Source: Camelus ferus
Lineage: Eukaryota
DNA: 64,000 nucleotides
Reading direction: 5' to 3'
Assembly (NCBI RefSeq): GCF_009834535.1
Contig: NC_045697.1
Coordinates: forward strand, 19,036,001-19,100,000
Part shown: piece by piece, positions 1 through 11,560 of the stretch
Position numbering within the stretch: position 1 is the first letter of the stretch
Layout: the number at the start of each line of letters is the position of its first letter
Notes under the pieces: generated by a model
What the model was told of the DNA's origin: nothing
The model's database searches: none
What the model saw: the letters and a program-made list of their open reading frames with translations, nothing else
Translations under genes and position numbers: made by a program

Positions 1-329
1 CTAGGGACGGAAGGAGCAGGAAGCTGCTCTGTCGACCTTGCTGACCCTCACGCCCCCCCCCCCCCCGCAGTCTCTGTCTGGACTGTTTACTCTGCTACAT
101 GAGCCAAAGATTCTCTTTGCAACAGAAAGGATCCTCATTGAAGACACAGTTATTTTCCCATTTAGGTAATCCTCTACAACATGGGTATCATTATTTGGCA
201 CAGGACCCCTATCTACACACTGGTTACACTAGGGGAATCTTTGTAAACTTCTTTTCAGTCAAGACACACCATGACCTCAAAAGGACAATGTCCATGTTCC
301 AGACCTACTAAGCTACCTGCAGTACCTGA

Positions 330-666
330 AACACACGGTGTGTCTCTCTCTCCTTTGTCCCTTTGCCCATATAGCACCCTCTGCTTAGAACGCCTTCTCT
401 TCCCTCTTTACCTAACTCTTATTTGTACCTCAAAACCCAACTCAGGTGTTGCATGACCAGGGAAGACTGCTTCTCTTCTGAATTCTTCTCATCCCTAAAT
501 GGACCTAAGCAGTATCATAACCATGTGCTAGCTTGTCTCTCTCTTCCACTGCACTGATTCCTTCAGGCAAAGATGGTTTCACTTTTCAGCTTTCTATCTC
601 TAGAACCTGGCATAGTGCTTGCCCCTTAATGGGCTTTAGTAAACACTTAGTGAATGAATGAATGAA
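330..666 (+). mobile_element. LINE-2 3' end fragment
   Basis: Ends in cctggcatagtgc...taaacacttagtgaatgaatgaatgaa, the L2 3' terminus with (TGAA)n tail. Confidence 0.75.
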
Positions 667-679
667 GTCAGCTAATCTA

Positions 680-755
680 ATTCACTCATTTTACTGATGA
701 GGAAACTTGCTAGGTTTGGAGTAATAACTTACTCGTTCAGTGTCACCCAGTTATT
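680..755 (-). mobile_element. MIR fragment
   Basis: attttactgatgaggaaact is the reverse complement of the MIR core (agtttcctcatctgtaaaat). Confidence 0.6.
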
Positions 756-835
756 TCACCCACTAGGTTGATTTGTGGAAGTCCAAAAATAAGAATATTT
801 TGACAGAAAAAAATGTAAATGCTTCAGTTCACTCA

Positions 836-2810
836 ATTTTTTTCATTTAAATCAACTTTATTAAGGTATAATTTATATACAATAAAATGTGTACATTTTA
901 ATTATACTGTTCTATAAAGTTTGACAAATGTAGACACCCACGTCACCACCACCACAGTCGAGGTGTTGAACATTTCCATCGCCTGAAACAATTCTCTTTA
1001 TGCCTCTTCCCATCTGATCTTCCATATACACATTCACTCCGAACAGCCATTGATCTGCTGTGTCCCTAAACATTTGATTGGTCTTTATTCTAGAGTTTCG
1101 TGTAAATGGAATCATATATGTACCCTTTTGTGTCTGATTTCTTTTGCTTAGCATAATCTGAGATTCAGCCATGGTTTTGTGCGATTCATTTTCCATTCCT
1201 TTTTATTACTCAGTAGTCTTTCATGCAATTTGTTTATCCATCATTGTTAGCAGCCATCCATGTTGTTCTCACATTTTGGTGTATTATGGATGGCTACTAT
1301 AAACGTGTGTACAAGCCTTCATGTGGACGTATATCTTTATTTCTTTTGGGTAAATACCCAGGGGTAGAATTGCTGAGTCATATGTAAGCACAAGTTTAAC
1401 TATCTAAGAAACCTCCAGACTCTTTTCTGAAGTTATTCTCCATTTTACGTTCCCATTAGCAATGTAATAAGAGTTCCAGTTGCTCCAAATCCTAGTATTT
1501 GGTATTACCATGTTAGTCATTCAAAAGGTGGTTTAATTTGCATTTCCCTAATTATGAATGATGTAGAGCATCTTTTTATGTTTATTTGCCATTTGTACAT
1601 ATTCTTTTGTAAAGTGTCTAAGTCTTCTTCCCCTTTTTAATCAATTACTTGAAGTTGTAAGAATTATTTATTCTGGATACATTTCTGGTTTGTAAAATTT
1701 TTCTCCCAGCCTCTGGCTCGTCTTTTAATTTTCTTAACTATCTTTAAAGAGCAAAAGTTTTTATTTTGTTGAATCATTTAGCCTTTTTTTAATGGTTCTT
1801 TGTGTGTGTGTGTCTGTCCTATCTAAGAAATTTTTGTATAACTCAAGGTTACAAACAAATTTTTTTTCCTCTCCTTTTAGAAACTTTATAGTTTTAGCTC
1901 TTACCTTTCGCCCTATGTTTGTTGTTGTTGTTGTTGTTGTTGTTTTAGTTAACTTTTGTGTGTGGTACAAATTGAAGTGTTATTGGTCACATTTTTGCAT
2001 ATGGATATACAATCGTTCCAACATCATTTCCAGCTAAAAAATCTACCCTTTCCCCTTTATGTCAGCACCTCTGTATAAAATCAATTGATCATGTATCTGT
2101 GGGCTTATTTCTGGACTCTCTGTTCTATTCCATGGATTTATGTCTGTCCTTATTCCAATACCACACTGTCTTGAGTTCTGTAGCTTTAGAGTAAACCTTG
2201 AAATCAGGTAGAAGACGTCCCCTCATTTTGTTCACCTGTGTCAGAACTATTTCAGCTATTCTAAGTTCTTTGCTTTTCAAAATAGCTCTTAGAATCAGCT
2301 TTTCCATTTGTACCCCCCCCCAAAAAAAAGCTGCTGAAATTTTTGAGATAGCATTAACTCTATAGGTAAGTTTGGAGACAGTTGATATCTTAACGACATT
2401 GGGTCTCAATATCATTTCAGACCAATTCATGAATATGGAATAGCTCTCTGTTTCTTTAGGTCTTGTTTAATTTCACTCAGCTGTATTTTGAAGTTCTCCA
2501 TGTAGAATTCTTGCACATATTTTGTTAAATTATTCCTGATTATTTTACTTTTTATGCTATTGTAAACAGTATTTTTAATTTCAATTTTTAATTGTTAGTA
2601 TATAGAAATAGAATTGGTTCCTTTTTACATTAAACTTGTATTCTGAGATCTTGCTAAACTTACTACTTTTGGTATCTCATTTTGTAGCTGCCCTAGGATT
2701 TTCTACATATATAATATGTCATCTATAAATAAAGACAATTTTTCATTTTTTTCAAATCTACATGCCTTTTATTTCTTTTTTTTCCTTCATTCACTGACTA
2801 GAACCTGCAA
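836..2810 (-). mobile_element. Old LINE-1 (L1MB-like): 3' UTR plus decayed ORF2 C-terminal region
   Basis: T-rich tail at the left end. ORF 2125..2430(-) reads YRVNAI..MEKLIL...RIAEIVL...LPDFKVYSKATELKTVWYW, matching the L1 ORF2p post-RT region. Many stops and frameshifts. Confidence 0.92.
1919..1945. repeat. (GTT)n microsatellite inside L1
   Basis: Visible tandem gtt repeat. Confidence 0.9.
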
Positions 2811-3235
2811 TAGAACATACAAGCATTGCAGCTCACCTCATTTTAAATTAAACGTACTTCTTTCTTGAGTAAGTGCAATATTTTAAATATAGATCAGTGT
2901 ACTAGTTTGGCCAGTTTAGGGATAAAACAGTGAGAGGAAGTGAGACATTCAGGATGGGGTGGGGAGACCCACTGATACACGGTCAAGATAACTTCACCAA
3001 GCTTTATGTTGTCAATGATCCAAATGGCCGTTTCAGATCATTCTTTCAACTTCAAGCAGTTGGCCTCGGGTATTACTAATGTCTTTGTTATGTTAATTAC
3101 ACAGTTGTTTTGTATTACGTCAACTGTTTATATGTATTTGTACGTTTGCTTTTACAGTAACAAATGTGGTGAGACTATTTCTTATGGAAATAGAATACTA
3201 ACACCTGTTTTTTGAAGTAATGGTGCCATCCCTCC

Positions 3236-3701
3236 TATGGTGGGAAAAATAATGATCCCCCAAAGATTTTCATGTCCCAGTCCCCGAGTCCTGTGAACGT
3301 TCCCGTACGTGAGAAAAGGCACTTTGCTTATGTGATTAGATTAAGGAACTGAGCTGGGGCTAGTCTTCTGGATTATCAGGTGGGCCCAGTGTAATGACAA
3401 GGGTCCTTATAAGGGAAAGAGGGAGGCAGGTGGGAGTGTGAGAACCAGAGAGGGATTTGAAGATGCTATGCCACTGGAAAATGGAGGAAGGGGTCATGCA
3501 CCAAGGAATGCAGGTGGCCTCTAATAACTGGAAAAAGCAAGGAAATGGATTCTCCCCTAGAGCCTCTGGAAGGAACTCAGCTCTGTCAACACCTTCATTT
3601 TAGGACTTCTGACCTCCAGAGCTGTAAGATAATAAATGTGTATTGTTTGAAGCCACTAAGTGTGTTGTAATTCATTACAGTGTCAACAGGAAACGAATCC
3701 A
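3236..3701 (+). mobile_element. MaLR solo LTR (MLT1D-like)
   Basis: MLT1 hallmarks ccccaaaga..catgtcc, gggcccagtgtaatgacaagggtccttataag and gacttctgacctccagagctgtaagataataaa. 5-bp TSD cctcc at 3231-3235 and 3702-3706. Confidence 0.9.
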
Positions 3702-4531
3702 CCTCCTCTCAGATTACTTGGGTTTACCCGTCACCTGGAACCTCTGACAGTGAGTTCACGTTGCCTCAGTTCTCCTACCTATAAAATAGGTGACTCTCCC
3801 TGTCCAGTTCCTCTCGTGTGGCTTTTATAATATCCAAATAAAATAAAATTCGTGAAAGTGTTTTGAAGACTACCTTCTACTGCCCTGGTACTGACAGGAG
3901 AAAGACACCAGAAAGTTGGGCTTTTATAAGGCAGGTGTCACGGAGGAAGAGAGGTGCCGGGGGAAGTGTGTAGCCGTGTCTTAAGGTCTCCTTCCACGTG
4001 GGGAGACTCCGCTAGTGAGAGGAGTGAATTATACTGATGAGGTTGGCATTTTGTGTGATTTTTTTAAGTTGGAAATGAGGTGCCTTAACAATTTAGGGAC
4101 TAGAAATAAAATGTACATGACTTAACATGTCTGTCATCCCCACCCCCTATCCCTGATTTTTTGGTTGACTTACTTGTAAAGGCTCCTTGGCCTGGATGAA
4201 AACTATTCCTCTCTAAAAAAAATAGATAGACAGACAGACAGATAAGGAGGTTGGGAGCAATGAGTGGGCATGCAAAGCCAACTCCTTTCTCTCATCTTTC
4301 TTTTGGGATCCAGCAGCCCACAGCAAACATATGTTCCGCACTGTTCCTCTATGTCCTAGCTTCAGAAAATCCGGGTCCCGTGGTATGGGAGAAAGTGGGG
4401 TGACAGGGGTGACTGCAGTTCATCAGAGAGAGGGTAAGTCTAAGACACAGTTTTGAAACTCCTGTCTTTGCTGAAAAAGTAAGTCACATTCCGTGGGATT
4501 AGCTTTATCAGTAAGAAAGATGATACATCAG

Positions 4532-4721
4532 TTTTTTTTTTTAATTTTTTTTACTGAAATATAGTTGATTTACAATGTTTCAGGTGTACAGCAAAGTGAT
4601 TCAGTTATACATACACACATGTTCTTTTCAGATTGTTTTCCATTGTATGTTATTACAGGGTATTGAATACAGTCCCCTGTGCTACAGAAGGTCCTTGATC
4701 TGTTTTAAATGTAGAGGTGTG
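4532..4721 (-). mobile_element. 5'-truncated LINE-1 3' end (artiodactyl-type)
   Basis: Poly-T then tagttgatttacaatgtttcaggtgtacagcaaagtgattcagttatac. Degenerate TSD gatga(t)acatc at 4519-4529 and 4722-4731. Confidence 0.85.
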
Positions 4722-4859
4722 GATGAACATCGTCTTCATCTGCTTTTATTTGTGTCGATTTTAATTTTTATGTCTCAAGTTCTCAGAGCTCCGGCAGGAA
4801 GAAAGGTGCTAATTATTGGACTGCCGCCCTTCGTTCAATAGGGCAAGGAAGTTCAGGAT

Positions 4860-5625
4860 GAAGCCATAGTGATGGATCATGGAATATGAGCTCAAAAAGA
4901 AGAAATGAAGGGTAAGGAGGGGGTGATGATAGATATGGATAAAGAAAAATGGATGGAAGGTCACAACAAAAAAAGGAAAAGCACTTTTGAAGAAAGGGTA
5001 CTTCCGCAAGTACCTTGGAAGGGTAATATTTGTAGCCAGAATAAGATATTTGCGTTTGAAATTTTGGAGATTGTGTCATTTTGGTTGATGCAGAGATCTA
5101 AGGCATAGTGGATCACTGAGGTGGAGTAGAAGAAAACATCAGTGAGAACGAGTACGTCAAGAAACCAGGAGCTCGTGGTAGTGGGTGAATCATCAGCCTG
5201 CATGTTGAAATCAGCAAGAAGGATGATGGGGGAAGAGATAAGAAAACTGAATCGCAAGTTAGTTTTACTGAGAATGAGGAAGAAAGTCCCAGAGGATACT
5301 AGTCAGTGACAATAACACGGAGGAAGAAGAGTGGGGTAGTCAGATGGTGTGAGCCTCAAAGGAGCAGAAGAGGTTTGCAAGAGAGAAGGGGGAATAAAAC
5401 TCAAATTGTCATTGAGGCATAAGGCTGGCGCTGGAGCACTTTGGGTAAATGAGAAAACATAATCCACCTGAGACGGCTGCATAGACTACGTGTCCCCAGG
5501 ATGCAGCCAGCTTTGAGTTAAAAGGTGAATACAGTCTTCAGAGAAGCGGTTGGAAAATACAGGAGGTCATTGATCTCACCTTGGGAATTGGGAATTCCAA
5601 GAGGCAGAGGGGGAGGACTTTACTA
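4860..5625 (-). mobile_element. LINE-2 ORF2 endonuclease-domain relic
   Basis: Minus-strand translations give WNS, LTQSWLHPGDT (TETWL-like), IILLADFN (GDFN) and HYALDL, in APE-endonuclease motif order (ORF 4961..5257 covers the last two). Confidence 0.75.
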
Positions 5626-6919
5626 GGGAAAGGAACGAAGGGTGGGTGGAAATTAGGTCAAAACAAAGGAGGAAACTTGGGTAAGTAACTGATGAGCAGG
5701 AAGCTTGGAATTCTGATGGAGAGTGGGATAAACAGGCATGTGTGGATGGCTAATCCTCTCAGAGGTGGCTGCTGTGGCCTGGACCAATTTCCTGCGGTGG
5801 CAGCCTGGGGTTGGCATGGTCTAAGTATAGTCAGCTGCTTCTTCAGACAGCGGGAGTCGTGGCTGTCTCTGCTCTAGCACCGCACTAGTTTGGTGCCTTG
5901 GCTATTTTTCCTTTTCTTATCAAATGAATTTGGTCCTCCTCTCCCTCTTTGGGCTCTTGCTTATTCGTGTTTCAACTTATTCATGGCTTAGGGATAGATT
6001 ATTTTAATTGCTCAGATAAAAGGACCCTTCCTTTATAAATGGAATCACTGCAATGTTTTCATGAAATAGAAAGCAGCAAGTTATGTCTAATACATGACTT
6101 AATTTGCACCCACAGCGTGTACAGTGATGGACTGACTCATGGAGAGAATGTATGTATGTGAGAGAGAGAGAATGAATGAATGAGAAGATTAGGTTATCAA
6201 TAGTAAGACTATAGGAAGAAATAGGCAGGTTTTCCTCTTCCCCTTGTCACTTTTCAAAGGACTGTGTGCCTTACCCTCAAAGAGAAGCATACTACTTTCT
6301 ATGTCAATGGGCTTCTCCCCCTGAGTGGAGGAGAAAAGTGGCTGAATGATTAAGTATCTCACATGTGAGATCCAAAAGAAAATGGGAAGAAAGATTTGGA
6401 TCTGCGGACAAGCCCGTAGGACCCCAACTCTGAAAGATCTGACATTGCCAAGTGGGTGGCCAAGTACACAAGTGTTGTAAGGGGGCACTGACAAGGGCCA
6501 GGAACTCCCCTGGACAGAAGGCCAGCCCAGGACTCCAGCCCTAGAACAAGGTCAGTGGCCTCATCCAAAGAGTACTGACCTTACCTTACTTCTACATTAG
6601 TAAGACTTCTCTTACTACCACACACAATGACTGTGAGGACACCTCCCAGCGTTACCCTCAGGACTCTCTACTCCAAGGAACTGCCAGACACCTATTCCAT
6701 GTGAGGGAGATTGCTGGAAGGGAGGGCGAGGGTTCCTATACCTGTGCTTTGTGGAGAACAATGCATATTAGTAACTCCTATGCTGAAGACAGAGAGAATG
6801 GGCACCACTGTTGAAAACAAATATTTTCCCAGTGTCCCACATTTTTTTCTGGTGATCTTTGGCTCTGTTTATTTTTTATTTATTCAGTATCCCCTATTTT
6901 TGTTTATATTCTATTAAAC

Positions 6920-7105
6920 ATGGACTTGTAACCCAGCTCCACCATTTGCTAGCTACGTGACCTTGGTAAAATTAACCAACTTTTATAAGGCTTAATTTCT
7001 TTACCTATAAAATGCTAATCAGGACCAAATAGGGCTGGTTACTCTGAAAATTAAATGACATAATATGTATAAAACATTTCACATTAAACACTTTAACTAT
7101 GAATT
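6920..7105 (+). mobile_element. MIR
   Basis: cccagctccaccatttgctagctacgtgaccttgg...cctataaaatg...ttaaatgacataatatgtataaaaca. Confidence 0.8.
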
Positions 7106-7452
7106 AGAAAGCAAACTGTTCTTTTCCTCAAGGGATATAGAATGAATAGGTACATAGTCATGCAAAAAATAGCAAGCCCAGAATAGCAGGACCCATCAAA
7201 AACCTCCGCCATTTTTAGGGTTTCATGATCAATACATTTGGGAATTGTTTAATGCTGTATCTTCCTTTTGGAGATTTATATTGTACACTAAGGCATTAGA
7301 GACTCTGAGAATTCTTGCAATTAATGACCTGAATAACTGCTTAGTCCAAAGTTTCTCAATACGGTATATATAACACATGCTATTAACATCTGGCAGATTT
7401 AGTCTTTCCCAAAACACAGTTTAAGAAGACTTCCGCTTCTGTCCAAGGTGGT

Positions 7453-7737
7453 TGTTAACTGACTGTATTGCTCCCAAATTCATATGTTGAAGCCCTAATA
7501 CAGAACGTGATGGTATTAGGAGGTGAGCCATTTGGGAGGTAATTAGCTTAGATGAGGTCATGAGGGTGGAGCCCCCAATGGGATTAGTGTCTTATAAGAA
7601 GAGAAAGAAACCAGACCTCTCTCTCCAGCAGGAGGAAGAAAAGGTCATGTGAGCACACAGAGATATAGCAGCCACCTACAAGCCAAGGGAAGAGGTCTTA
7701 GAATGAAACTTGCCTTGCCAGAAACTTGATCTTGGAC
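7453..7737 (+). mobile_element. MaLR LTR (MLT1A-like), 3' end missing
   Basis: cccaaattcatatgttgaagcccta...gatgaggtcatgagggtggagccc...gggattagtg...ttgatcttggac. Confidence 0.85.
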
Positions 7738-7877
7738 ATATATCCAGAGGGAACTCTAATTCAAAAAGATACACACATCTCCATGTTCATAGCAGCACTA
7801 TTTACAATAGCCAAGGCATGGAAGCAACCTAAGTGTCCATCGACAGGTGAATAGATAAAGAAGAATAAAGAAGATGT

Positions 7878-7915
<38 letters not shown>

Positions 7916-8390
7916 GACACACATATACACAATGGAATATTACTCAGCCATAACAAAGAATGCCACATCGTCATTTGCAGCAACATGAGAGATTATCATA
8001 TTAAGTGAAGTAAGTCAGACAGAGAAAGATAAATATCATATGATATCACTTGTGTGTGGAATCTAAAAAAAAAAAAATACAAATTCTATTTACAAACCCA
8101 AAACAGACTCACAGACATAGAAAACACACTGGCTACCAAAAGAGAAAGAGTGGGGGAGGGATAGATTAGGAGTTTGGGCTTAACAGATACATATTACTAT
8201 ATATAAAACAGACAAACAACAAGGACCTATTGTATAGCACAAGGAACTATACTCAATTTCTTGTAATAATATATAATGGAAAAGAATCTGAAAAGAAAAA
8301 ATACATGTGTATAACTGAACTGCTTTGCTGTACAGCTGAAACTAACATTGTAAATCAACTATGCTTCAATAAAAATTTTTAAAATTTTAA
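7738..8390 (+). mobile_element. LINE-1 3' end (artiodactyl/camelid-type)
   Basis: atgttcatagcagcactatttacaatagccaaggcatggaagcaacctaagtgtccatc; AATAAA at 8368-8373. Contains an (AC)n run at 7881-7908. Confidence 0.92.
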
Positions 8391-8419
8391 TTAGAAATAG
8401 AAAATAGAAAAATATTCAG

Positions 8420-9550
8420 CCAAATCAATAATCACATTAAATGTAAGATTTAAATGTAAATATTTCAATTAAAAAGCAAAGATTTTCAGATTAGATTAAA
8501 AAAACAAGGCCTAACTATATAGTTCTTACAATCAATCCATTTTAATATGAAAGCATATTTAGGTTAAAAGTAAAAGGATGAAAAAAGAGACAGCTTGCTA
8601 ACATGAATCAGAAGTAACCTGTGTTAATAACAGAAACTTAAATTTCAAAGTAAAGAGCACTACCATAGTGATAAAAGGTGAACTCATCAAAAAGGTGTAA
8701 CTGTCCTAAATGTTTATACACACAACACTTTCTAAATATATGAAGCAAAGCTGATAGAGATGCAAGGAAAAATAGACAAATGTATAATTATAGAGACTTC
8801 AACACCCCTCTACCAACTATTTACAGAAAAAATAGGCAGACAAATCAAGATATTAAGGAATATTATTAACCACTTCATCTAACTACATTTGTAGGGCACT
8901 CCATCCAATGACAGCAAAATACACTCATTTCAAGTACACACAAAGTTTTTATGAATATAGAACATTAGGCCAAATAGTATTTTGGTCTCAACAAATTTAA
9001 AAGGATTCAAGCTACATAAAATATGATCTCTGACTACAGTGGAATTACATTGGAAATCAATAACAGATATCTAGAAAAAAACTTGAACAATTTGGAAAAT
9101 AACACGCTGCTAAATAGTTCATGATCAAAGACTAAATCAAAATGGAAATAAGAAAGGATTTCAACTGGATGAAAACACAACATATCGACATTTTTGGAAT
9201 GCAGCTAAAGAGTATTTAGTGGGAAACTGATGCTATAAATACCTATATTAGAAAAAGAGAAAGCTCTCAAATTGGTGATCTTAGCCTCCATTAAAAAACT
9301 AGCAAAAAAAAAAAAATTAAACCAAAAATAAGCAGGAAAAGAGGAAATAATAAAAGATCAGTAATCAATGAAATAGAAAACAAAAACAATAGAGAAAGTC
9401 AATAAAACAAAAAGCTGGTTCTTTGACAAGATCAATAAAATTGATAAACCTCTATCCAGACTGATCAGGGGGAAAAAGACAAAATTACCAATATCAGAAA
9501 TGAGAGCGATACTGTAACTAACTACAGGAAATATTACAAACAACTTCACA
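8420..9550 (+). mobile_element. Old LINE-1 ORF2 5' (endonuclease) fragment
   Basis: aatcacattaaatgtaa, gagacttcaacacccctct (GDFNTPL), tctgactacagtggaatt (SDH region), aaagctggttctttgacaagatcaataaaattgataaacc. Confidence 0.9.
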
Positions 9551-9579
9551 GTTATAAATTAAAAAAGACTTTTTTTGTT

Positions 9580-9680
9580 ATTGAAGTCATGACTATAAAT
9601 TTAATGTCAGGTACTTTTAGCCCTCCAACTTGGTTCTTTTTCAAAGTTTTCTTGGCTATCCTGGTACCTCTGTATCTTTT
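9580..9680 (-). mobile_element. Short LINE-1 ORF2 fragment, opposite orientation
   Basis: ORF 9552..9749(-) contains TRIAKKTLKKNQVGGLKVPDIKF, matching L1 ORF2p RIAK.IL.KKNK.GG.TLPDFK. Confidence 0.8.
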
Positions 9681-9683
9681 TAT

Positions 9684-10265
9684 TGAGGAGTCTGGCTCAC
9701 GGCCAAAAACCCACGCATCACATTTTTCACAGGCAATTATAAAGGCCACAGGGAGAAAGCTGCTTTCCCTGCACCAGGCTCAGCAAGTGCCCCGCAGGCT
9801 TCAAAGGGAGGGCAGTCACAGATGCGGGCTGCCCTGGCTGGCCATGCTCTTAAGCAGAGCTGCAGTCCTAGCCCAGGTGTCTCCACACGGAAGCCCCTTT
9901 ATCAGGGGTCTTCACGGGGGCCTCCTTCAGGTGCCTCTGCCAAGACCCCCTTGTGAGCGGAGGGAGGACTTGGCACCTTCTTCCATCTTAACTCAGCACT
10001 AGGTACCCGTTCCAGCACTACGTACCCTTCCACTCCTATCTCTTCCCCTTCTCGCTCCTCTTGGTCCCCAGGGCCTTACTATTGCAGGAGCCTTTGTTTG
10101 GGACTCCCTGAGCACTAAGGCAATTCCACACGTCTGTGGTGATCCACCTGCCCTTCAATGGGAGCCACTTCATGGGGAAAAAATGGAAGAGGAGGGCGGT
10201 ACTTTCGCCAGCTTAGCCTCCAGTTCATACTTTGCAGTAAGTGATTAAAGGCTTGACTGACGTAT
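9684..10265 (+). mobile_element. ERVL-class solo LTR (MER74-like)
   Basis: ttgcaggagcctttgtttgggactccct...tgatccacctg...cagtaagtgattaaaggcttga resembles the recalled MER74 consensus. Confidence 0.6.
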
Positions 10266-10344
10266 AGTGTTTAGTATCGGTCCTGGTTCTTTGTTTGGGT
10301 TTTCTTCCACAGGAAACCCTAGGATTGCAGGTCACCTTATGTCT

Positions 10345-10460
10345 TTATATAGCTCTGTTAAATGGGCTTTCTTATCTCCATTTTCCAGTTAACAGAACTG
10401 ATGATCAGAAAGATTATGTAATTTGTTCAAACTTCCACAGCTTGTAGGAGGAAACTAAAA
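10345..10460 (-). mobile_element. MIR fragment
   Basis: ttatctccattttccag...aactga...taatttgttcaa..cacagctt. Confidence 0.55.
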
Positions 10461-10590
10461 TGCCCATCTCCTTATCTCTTGTTCCTGAGGCCTTTCTCCC
10501 TGCAGCCCAGGTGCCGATGTGTCACAATTGGATTTTCCCTGTTAATTCACTGCCTTTCTTTCCGATGGTCGCCCTCATCTGTCTTAAAAC

Positions 10591-10751
10591 CTTGCTTCTC
10601 AAAGTCAAGTCCTTGGACCAGCAGCATTGGCATTACCTGGGAGCTCATTAGGGCTGCAGAACCGCCCTTGCTTCAGGACTACTGAATGAGAATCTGAATT
10701 TCTACAAGATGCCCTGATGATTCCTGTGACATTAAAACTTGAGAAGCACTG
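10591..10751. mobile_element. MER5-family hAT MITE
   Basis: Terminal inverted repeats (TIRs) tgcttctcaaa ... ttgagaagcactg; internal ggaccagcagcattggcattacctgggagct. Confidence 0.85.
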
Positions 10752-10782
10752 ATCTAGGAGAAAAACCTGAAGGTATTTTATG

Positions 10783-10951
10783 CAATAGTTCTCAAACTTT
10801 TACTGCATGTTAGAATCACTTTGGAATCCTTTAAAAATCCTGATACCCAGGCCACAAAGTCCACCAAATGAGTCAGAATCTCTCAGGACGGAGCCCACAC
10901 ATCAGCATATTTTAAAACTCCCCAAAACTGCGGCAAAGTTTGGGAACCAGT
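10783..10951. mobile_element. MER5-family hAT MITE
   Basis: caatagttctcaaact...ttagaatcac...aatcctgatacccaggcc...agtttgggaaccagtg. Confidence 0.85.
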
Positions 10952-10960
10952 GCTCAAGGC

Positions 10961-11560
10961 CATGCTTTTCAGGCCTTAATGTTCCTAGGAATCACCTGGG
11001 AGAATCTTAAATGGCAGATGCTGACTTAGTGGATGCAGGGTGGGGCCTGATATTCTGCATTTCTTTTCCTTTGTTGTTATTTTCCCAACTGTAAAAATTG
11101 AGATTTATTACTACTTGCTTCATGAAGCGATGGCAATACTAAGGCGATGACAGATACTAAGTGTATCAGCGTTTTCTTAGCATCAAACTTCACCATTATG
11201 GCTTAAAAAACTTGTACCTACTTTTCAATAAATTTTTTAGGTGTATAACATGATGGTGTGTTGTTCTTTTTTTTCTTTCTTTTTTTTTGATTTGTAATGT
11301 TGTATGTTTCTGGTATACGGCGCAGTGATTCAGTTATATATATGTATGTGTGTATATACACATATATACACACATATTCTCTATCGTTACAGGCTACTAC
11401 CAGCCATTGAATATAATTAATTCCCTGTGCTATACAGTAGGACCTGTTGTTTATCTGTTCTGTCCATCGTAGTTTGTATCAGCCAATCCCAAAGAGATTG
11501 TGCATTTTTAACAAGTTCCCAAGTGACAGATGCTTCTGCTCCCAGGAATTTCTGGAGCAA
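10961..11560. mobile_element. MER5-family MITE split by a retro-insertion (11064-11493)
   Basis: gaatcacctgggagaatcttaaa...ggggcctgatattctgcatttc resumes as gagattgtgcatttttaacaagttcccaagtga. Confidence 0.75.
11265..11493 (-). mobile_element. 5'-truncated LINE-1 3' end
   Basis: Poly-T then gatttgtaatgttgt..cagtgattcagttatata..ccctgtgctatacagtaggacc..agtttgtatc..aatcccaaa. Confidence 0.85.
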
